Virus record (IMG/VR): IMGVR_UViG_3300028801_000003
Direction: 5' to 3' (one strand)
Length of the DNA: 64,000 nucleotides
DNA from: a virus
A model generated the notes under the pieces. It did not search any database and was not told the DNA's origin. It saw only the letters and a program-made list of their open reading frames with translations. Positions within the stretch are counted from its first letter, which is position 1. Each line of letters begins with the position of its first letter. The translations under genes and the position numbers were made by a program. Shown here in pieces: positions 59,839 to 64,000 of this stretch.

Positions 59839-60031
59839 TCCGGGTTTGCGTCGCGGTCAGGCGCTGGAAGACTTCAAGAAAAAGCGCGCCTCGATCCGCC
59901 GCGCGTATCCTGGCCCGTCAGGACAGGGCGCCGTACCGACGCTTGGTGGCGGTTCGTTGCCACCGCAGATGGGCGGTCCATCCGCCGTGGCCGGCTCACC
60001 GGCCGGTATTTTCCCACCGAAGGTAGGCTGA
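59825..60031 (+). CDS. Gly/Pro-rich small protein (68 aa)
   Basis: The internal ATG of track ORF 59801..60031 is preceded by AGGAAG. Confidence 0.5.
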   Translation: MAATDPGLRRGQALEDFKKKRASIRRAYPGPSGQGAVPTLGGGSLPPQMGGPSAVAGSPAGIFPPKVG

Positions 60032-60032
60032 C

Positions 60033-61706
60033 ATGGCCGCTGCTGTAGACCCGACTATCGATTACAACGCCAAGAGTTTCATCCGGCGCACGGGTCCGTC
60101 GCCGGTTTATGATCCGACGTATGGCACGTCGATGACCAACCCATACCAGGCTGCTCCGGTCGATCCTACCTATGGGACGTCAGTACAGAATCCATACGGT
60201 CGGGCGACTGCGCCGCTGCCTCCGGTCACCGGTGGTAACGCAGCAGGCATGACGATCATGAACACGAACTACGGCCACCCTGACCAGGGCGGCAGTGGAT
60301 CGGGCGGTGGCGGCCCAACGATGGACCCGGGCGCTAAGCCCGGTGGTCTGTCGTGGCTGCGCGGTATCGGCGACACCACGAATATGCCCAGCGGTATCGC
60401 TGGTATGGGCGCGGGAGCGACGCCGGCCGAAGTGGCGCAAGCAGCTGACTATGGGCAGAAAATGGCAGCTGCCCAACAGCAGGCGGCGGCGACGCCAGGC
60501 GCTAGCGGGGCCGCCACCGTACCGACCGTGTCCACGGCGGATAATATCTCGCAGAGCAATCTCGCGGCAGTCAATCAGCTGGGCGCGCCATTGGCACCTG
60601 GTGTGTCGCGCTACGCGCTGGGCGGTGGTGCGTCGGTTGATCCGTCCGACGCTACACGTATCTACACGACGCGCGGCGCGAACGGCGAGCCGGTCTTCAC
60701 GGATAACGCGAACTACGCGGCATCGGTATCGACGGGCGGTTTGCGCCGCGGCGACGTCAATAACGCGGTCTACGACAACAGCCAGCAGTCGGTAAATAAC
60801 CCGCGCGCCGGTTTTCAGTACGCGACATCTGATCTCGGTTCACAGGGTCTTACTCCCGACAAGCTGTCGAACCTCGATCCGGCATCGGCGCAGCAAGCGC
60901 AGGCTTATGCGACCGCGGGCGCGAATACCAACACGGACCAAGGCGTGTCCAATCTGATGGACGCGAACCTGCTGCGCTCGCGCAACGTCGGCGGTTCGCC
61001 GTCGTTCGGTAACGCACAGCAGCCCGGCGCGAACGTCTTCGGCGGTACCGGCGTAGGTGGTGCAGGCGCAGGCGGTATGCCGTCGGGCATCGGGAACCTG
61101 CCAGTGCAGACGCAGACGCAGGTGTTCTCGGCGCTGCAGCGGGCGCAAGCCGCGGCCGATCGCAACAAAACACAGGCAGGCGAACTTGCCGTGCAGCAGG
61201 GTCGAGCCGCCGTGGAAAAAGGTCAGAGCGATCAGAAGATGGCGGATGACGCTGTCAACCAGTTCGGCAACCAGGAAAAGACTGACCCCAACCAGGCTGC
61301 GATCGATTTGTCGAACCGTCTCGAAACCGACCCGGACAAACTCAAGGCGCAGCTGGCGACGCCAGCCGGTCGTGAGTTGGCCGCGACACTACTGTCCAAG
61401 GTCGCGCAGCCGGGTGCCTCGGCGTCACTGAATCCGTGGGAAGTCGGTGCGCGAACCGCTGTCCCGCAAACACGTTGGCAGGACCTCGCGCTCGATCCGA
61501 AGACCGGTGCGTTCAACGGTTTTAAGGAACCGGGGAGCGGCGACACCGTCGATAATCCCGAGTATCCTGTGCAACGCGGTCTTGGCCGCCGCTTGGTCGC
61601 CGCATTCACTCCAGGGGACTCGGTGCTGCGCAGCGCGAACTATGGCCCGGGCATCAATAACCTGTCGCCTCAACAGCTGCAGATTCTGAAGAACAGCGGT
61701 CAATGA
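60033..61706 (+). CDS. Gly/Ala/Gln-rich internal virion/ejection protein candidate (557 aa)
   Basis: ORF track. Confidence 0.7.
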   Translation: MAAAVDPTIDYNAKSFIRRTGPSPVYDPTYGTSMTNPYQAAPVDPTYGTSVQNPYGRATAPLPPVTGGNAAGMTIMNTNYGHPDQGGSGSGGGGPTMDPGAKPGGLSWLRGIGDTTNMPSGIAGMGAGATPAEVAQAADYGQKMAAAQQQAAATPGASGAATVPTVSTADNISQSNLAAVNQLGAPLAPGVSRYALGGGASVDPSDATRIYTTRGANGEPVFTDNANYAASVSTGGLRRGDVNNAVYDNSQQSVNNPRAGFQYATSDLGSQGLTPDKLSNLDPASAQQAQAYATAGANTNTDQGVSNLMDANLLRSRNVGGSPSFGNAQQPGANVFGGTGVGGAGAGGMPSGIGNLPVQTQTQVFSALQRAQAAADRNKTQAGELAVQQGRAAVEKGQSDQKMADDAVNQFGNQEKTDPNQAAIDLSNRLETDPDKLKAQLATPAGRELAATLLSKVAQPGASASLNPWEVGARTAVPQTRWQDLALDPKTGAFNGFKEPGSGDTVDNPEYPVQRGLGRRLVAAFTPGDSVLRSANYGPGINNLSPQQLQILKNSGQ

Positions 61707-61714
61707 GGTAAGTA

Positions 61715-64000
61715 ATGCCTATCAGCCTGTCGGACTACTTCGCCCAACGGCAACCTAATCCGACGGCTGTAGCGCCGCCCCCGGCGCCTACTGACGCGGA
61801 TAATAACGCCGCGATGGACGCTGCCAATGACTTGGCAGCACGTACGGCGTATACACGGGCCAGCCCATTCCTCGGTGGTATCGCCGCTGGCTACGACCAA
61901 CTCGGCCAGGGGCTGACGGCTACTCACGGCTTGATTCAGGCTGCACTTTCTAGCACCCCCGACGACACGGCCAACGCCGTGGCGACACTGCGCCGTTCGC
62001 AGGCCATTGGTCAACAGGCGGCGCAGTATACGCCGCAGGGCGCGGGCTCACTGTCCGATGCCTGGCAGTCCGGTAACCTCGGCACCTACGCACAGTACAA
62101 ACTCGGCAACATGATCCCCGGCACCGCAGCGGCGGTCGCGGCCGGTGCAGTCACCGGCGGTATCGGTGGTCTGGCTGAAGGCGCGGCCGGTCGTTTGATT
62201 GGTGGCGTCGCTACGGATGCCGCTGAAGGTGCAGCATTACCTACCGCTGCCGATGCAGCAGCGGCGGCCGCCGGCGAAGCCGCTCCCGCTGCAAGCGATG
62301 CTACTGTCGCTGCGACCAAAGCGGCGGTCGAACCATCCGTCACACCCGGTACGATAGAGACGCCGATCCCCACCGAGCAGTCCAATGTCATCGGTAAACA
62401 CCTGGGCGAGTTCGTCGGTGCGGGTGGTGCGGGCGCGGTGCAGTCTGCTCCGGGCGTCGTCGATGATGTGGTCAATGACCCGGGCGATGGCTCGACGCTG
62501 GCCGAGCGCGCGCAGAAAGGTCTGGCCACGTCGGCGCTCACTGGCGCGATCTCTGCTGCTCCTAGCCTCGCGCTTCTCGCGCGGTACGGACTGAGTGGCG
62601 CGGCGACCGAAGCAATCGCCGGTCAAGCACCGGGTATGCTGGCGCGTATTGCCAAGAACGCGGGCGAACAGGCTGCGATCGGCGGGGCATCCAATGCCGC
62701 GAACGTCGCGGTCGATCGCGCTGCACACGCATGGATGACTGGCTCGCCAGCCGCCACACCGGCACTCCCGGACTACATCAACGCCGTCGCTGATGGTGTA
62801 CTGGGTGGTGCAGTATTTGGTGCGCCGGCCGGTTTCAAAGGCGAGCACAGCGTCTCCGACGCGATGCAGGAGAACACCTCCACGCTCGCCAGCGAGATCA
62901 AATCGCGGTTCTCGAAGTTCGGCAACGGTTCGGCTGAAGGACTCAAGCCCGGTACGCCGATCAATGACGACGGTACGCCGCGCGCCACAGCCGGTGCGCA
63001 GTTCGACGACGCCCTGGCCACGGTGCAGGATGATCCGGCCACACACTACGATGATCTGGTCAAGTCAACCGCACCGTATAACGTCAAAGATGACGGCACC
63101 ACGGCGACGTTGAATGGCCCGGCGTCGGGCCTCGTCAATCCCGAATATATGACGTCGCGTGCACCGCAGTACGACGTGCTGTTCGATTCGCCCACCGAGA
63201 AGACGGTGGCGTCGATGCTTAACGACGATCAGTTCACCGCGCAGGCCGTGCCCGGCATCAAGGCCGTGGCCAGCGCGATCACTGACGGCTGGTCGAGTCT
63301 CTCGGCGAAAGACAAGAACACCGCTTCGTCATTCATCAAGACGACGCTCGATCCGGAGCAGCAATCCAAACTTACTCGCGTCCTGGCCACCGTCGACAAG
63401 ATGGACCCGGATACGAAGGCACGCGTGGATTTTGCCAAGGCCGGCCCCGATCTGGCCTCCGGCGAAGAAGCGCCGAATGACACCACCGGCCTGACGGAAC
63501 AGGAGCAACCGCAGGGCCTGGGTTACGTCGATGACGACACCTATAAGAACGCGCAGTTCTTCCAGAAGAAGGGTGGTCCTGCGCGTTCCACACCCGACAA
63601 TGAGAACGTCCGTTTGACCAAAGGCGATGGCGCACCGGTCGATTTCAACCTGAAGCAGGCCGCGTCCAGCGTCACCCAGACGCCGGAAGGCCGTGCGTTG
63701 CTACAGGGCATGGGCGACCGTAAGCTCACTGCGATCTTGGCAGTGCAAGCCGAAGCCCTTGATCGCGGTCACGTCATTGACCCGGCGTCCATCACCGCGG
63801 GTAAGCGCGTGTTCCCCGGCGAAGGCGGTACGCTGTCGCCCAATGAAGCCGCGATCGCCCGCGCAGCGATGACTAAACAGGCCAAGGCGCACGCACCTGT
63901 CGAAGAGACGCCCGGTCGCGCCGCGCCCACGAACGACGCGCTGGGCATGCCGGCCGACGCCCAGGCGAAAAGTGCTGATGGCGTCAATGAGATGAATGGC
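61715..64000 (+). CDS. N-terminal >=762 aa of a giant ORF that runs off the 3' edge of the window
   Basis: Hand translation from the ATG at 61715 (MPISLSDYFAQRQPNPTAVAPPPAP...) stays open to base 64000. It is absent from the ORF track because no stop lies within the window. Confidence 0.75.
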   Translation, partial: MPISLSDYFAQRQPNPTAVAPPPAPTDADNNAAMDAANDLAARTAYTRASPFLGGIAAGYDQLGQGLTATHGLIQAALSSTPDDTANAVATLRRSQAIGQQAAQYTPQGAGSLSDAWQSGNLGTYAQYKLGNMIPGTAAAVAAGAVTGGIGGLAEGAAGRLIGGVATDAAEGAALPTAADAAAAAAGEAAPAASDATVAATKAAVEPSVTPGTIETPIPTEQSNVIGKHLGEFVGAGGAGAVQSAPGVVDDVVNDPGDGSTLAERAQKGLATSALTGAISAAPSLALLARYGLSGAATEAIAGQAPGMLARIAKNAGEQAAIGGASNAANVAVDRAAHAWMTGSPAATPALPDYINAVADGVLGGAVFGAPAGFKGEHSVSDAMQENTSTLASEIKSRFSKFGNGSAEGLKPGTPINDDGTPRATAGAQFDDALATVQDDPATHYDDLVKSTAPYNVKDDGTTATLNGPASGLVNPEYMTSRAPQYDVLFDSPTEKTVASMLNDDQFTAQAVPGIKAVASAITDGWSSLSAKDKNTASSFIKTTLDPEQQSKLTRVLATVDKMDPDTKARVDFAKAGPDLASGEEAPNDTTGLTEQEQPQGLGYVDDDTYKNAQFFQKKGGPARSTPDNENVRLTKGDGAPVDFNLKQAASSVTQTPEGRALLQGMGDRKLTAILAVQAEALDRGHVIDPASITAGKRVFPGEGGTLSPNEAAIARAAMTKQAKAHAPVEETPGRAAPTNDALGMPADAQAKSADGVNEMNG

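Noticed and set aside
62237-63046. 269-aa minus-strand ORF, plus other minus-strand ORFs, inside 61715-64000
   Set aside because: It is antisense to the long open plus-strand giant ORF. The plus frame continues the operon, and the translation looks like a GC-rich shadow.
1-64000. Lysogeny module (integrase, repressor, excisionase), toxin-antitoxin systems or known defence systems
   Set aside because: I found no tyrosine or serine recombinase motifs, no CI/Cro-like pair, and no recognisable defence-system domains in any frame I read.

Overview
The window holds a near-complete genome segment of a tailed dsDNA bacteriophage. The host is Gram-negative (lipobox o-spanin, lipoprotein and signal-peptide genes). 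No tape-measure, sheath or tube genes are recognisable, so a short-tailed virion is an inference only. Layout: (i) 1-5106 (+) is the end of the late operon. It holds the C-terminal >=1100 aa of a giant virion protein plus small genes, and is closed by a bidirectional terminator at 5137-5162. (ii) 5165-32869 (-) is a long leftward early/replication arm. It contains a family A DNA polymerase, an AEP-primase/SF3-helicase, a Cas4-like exonuclease, a VRR-NUC-like nuclease, an SNF2 helicase, an amidoligase plus Ntn-amidotransferase pair and a secreted-protein moron cluster. It also holds an AT-richer accessory block (~24.3-33.2 kb) dominated by about 17 tandem, translationally coupled small paralogous genes. 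(iii) 32906-33209 is a repeat-rich divergent control region. (iv) 33210-64000 (+) holds the lysis genes (lysozyme, overlapping spanins), tail-fibre-like genes, TerS, an intein-interrupted TerL, portal, scaffold, major capsid, tail and ejection proteins. It ends with the N-terminus of a giant ORF that runs off the window. I recognised no tRNA, rRNA, CRISPR array, integrase/repressor module or RNA polymerase. Stop-start overlaps (ATGA, GTGA, TAATG) are pervasive, and I used them to choose starts. The observations most worth follow-up are the small-paralog array, a free-standing EndoVII/HNH gene lying out of frame inside the TerL intein, the phage amidoligase/GATase pair, an SNF2 helicase whose conserved N-terminus lacks a canonical start codon, and a lysozyme with a C-terminal membrane anchor next to a lysozyme C-lobe-only paralog. 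All family assignments come from motifs read by eye. No database search was run.
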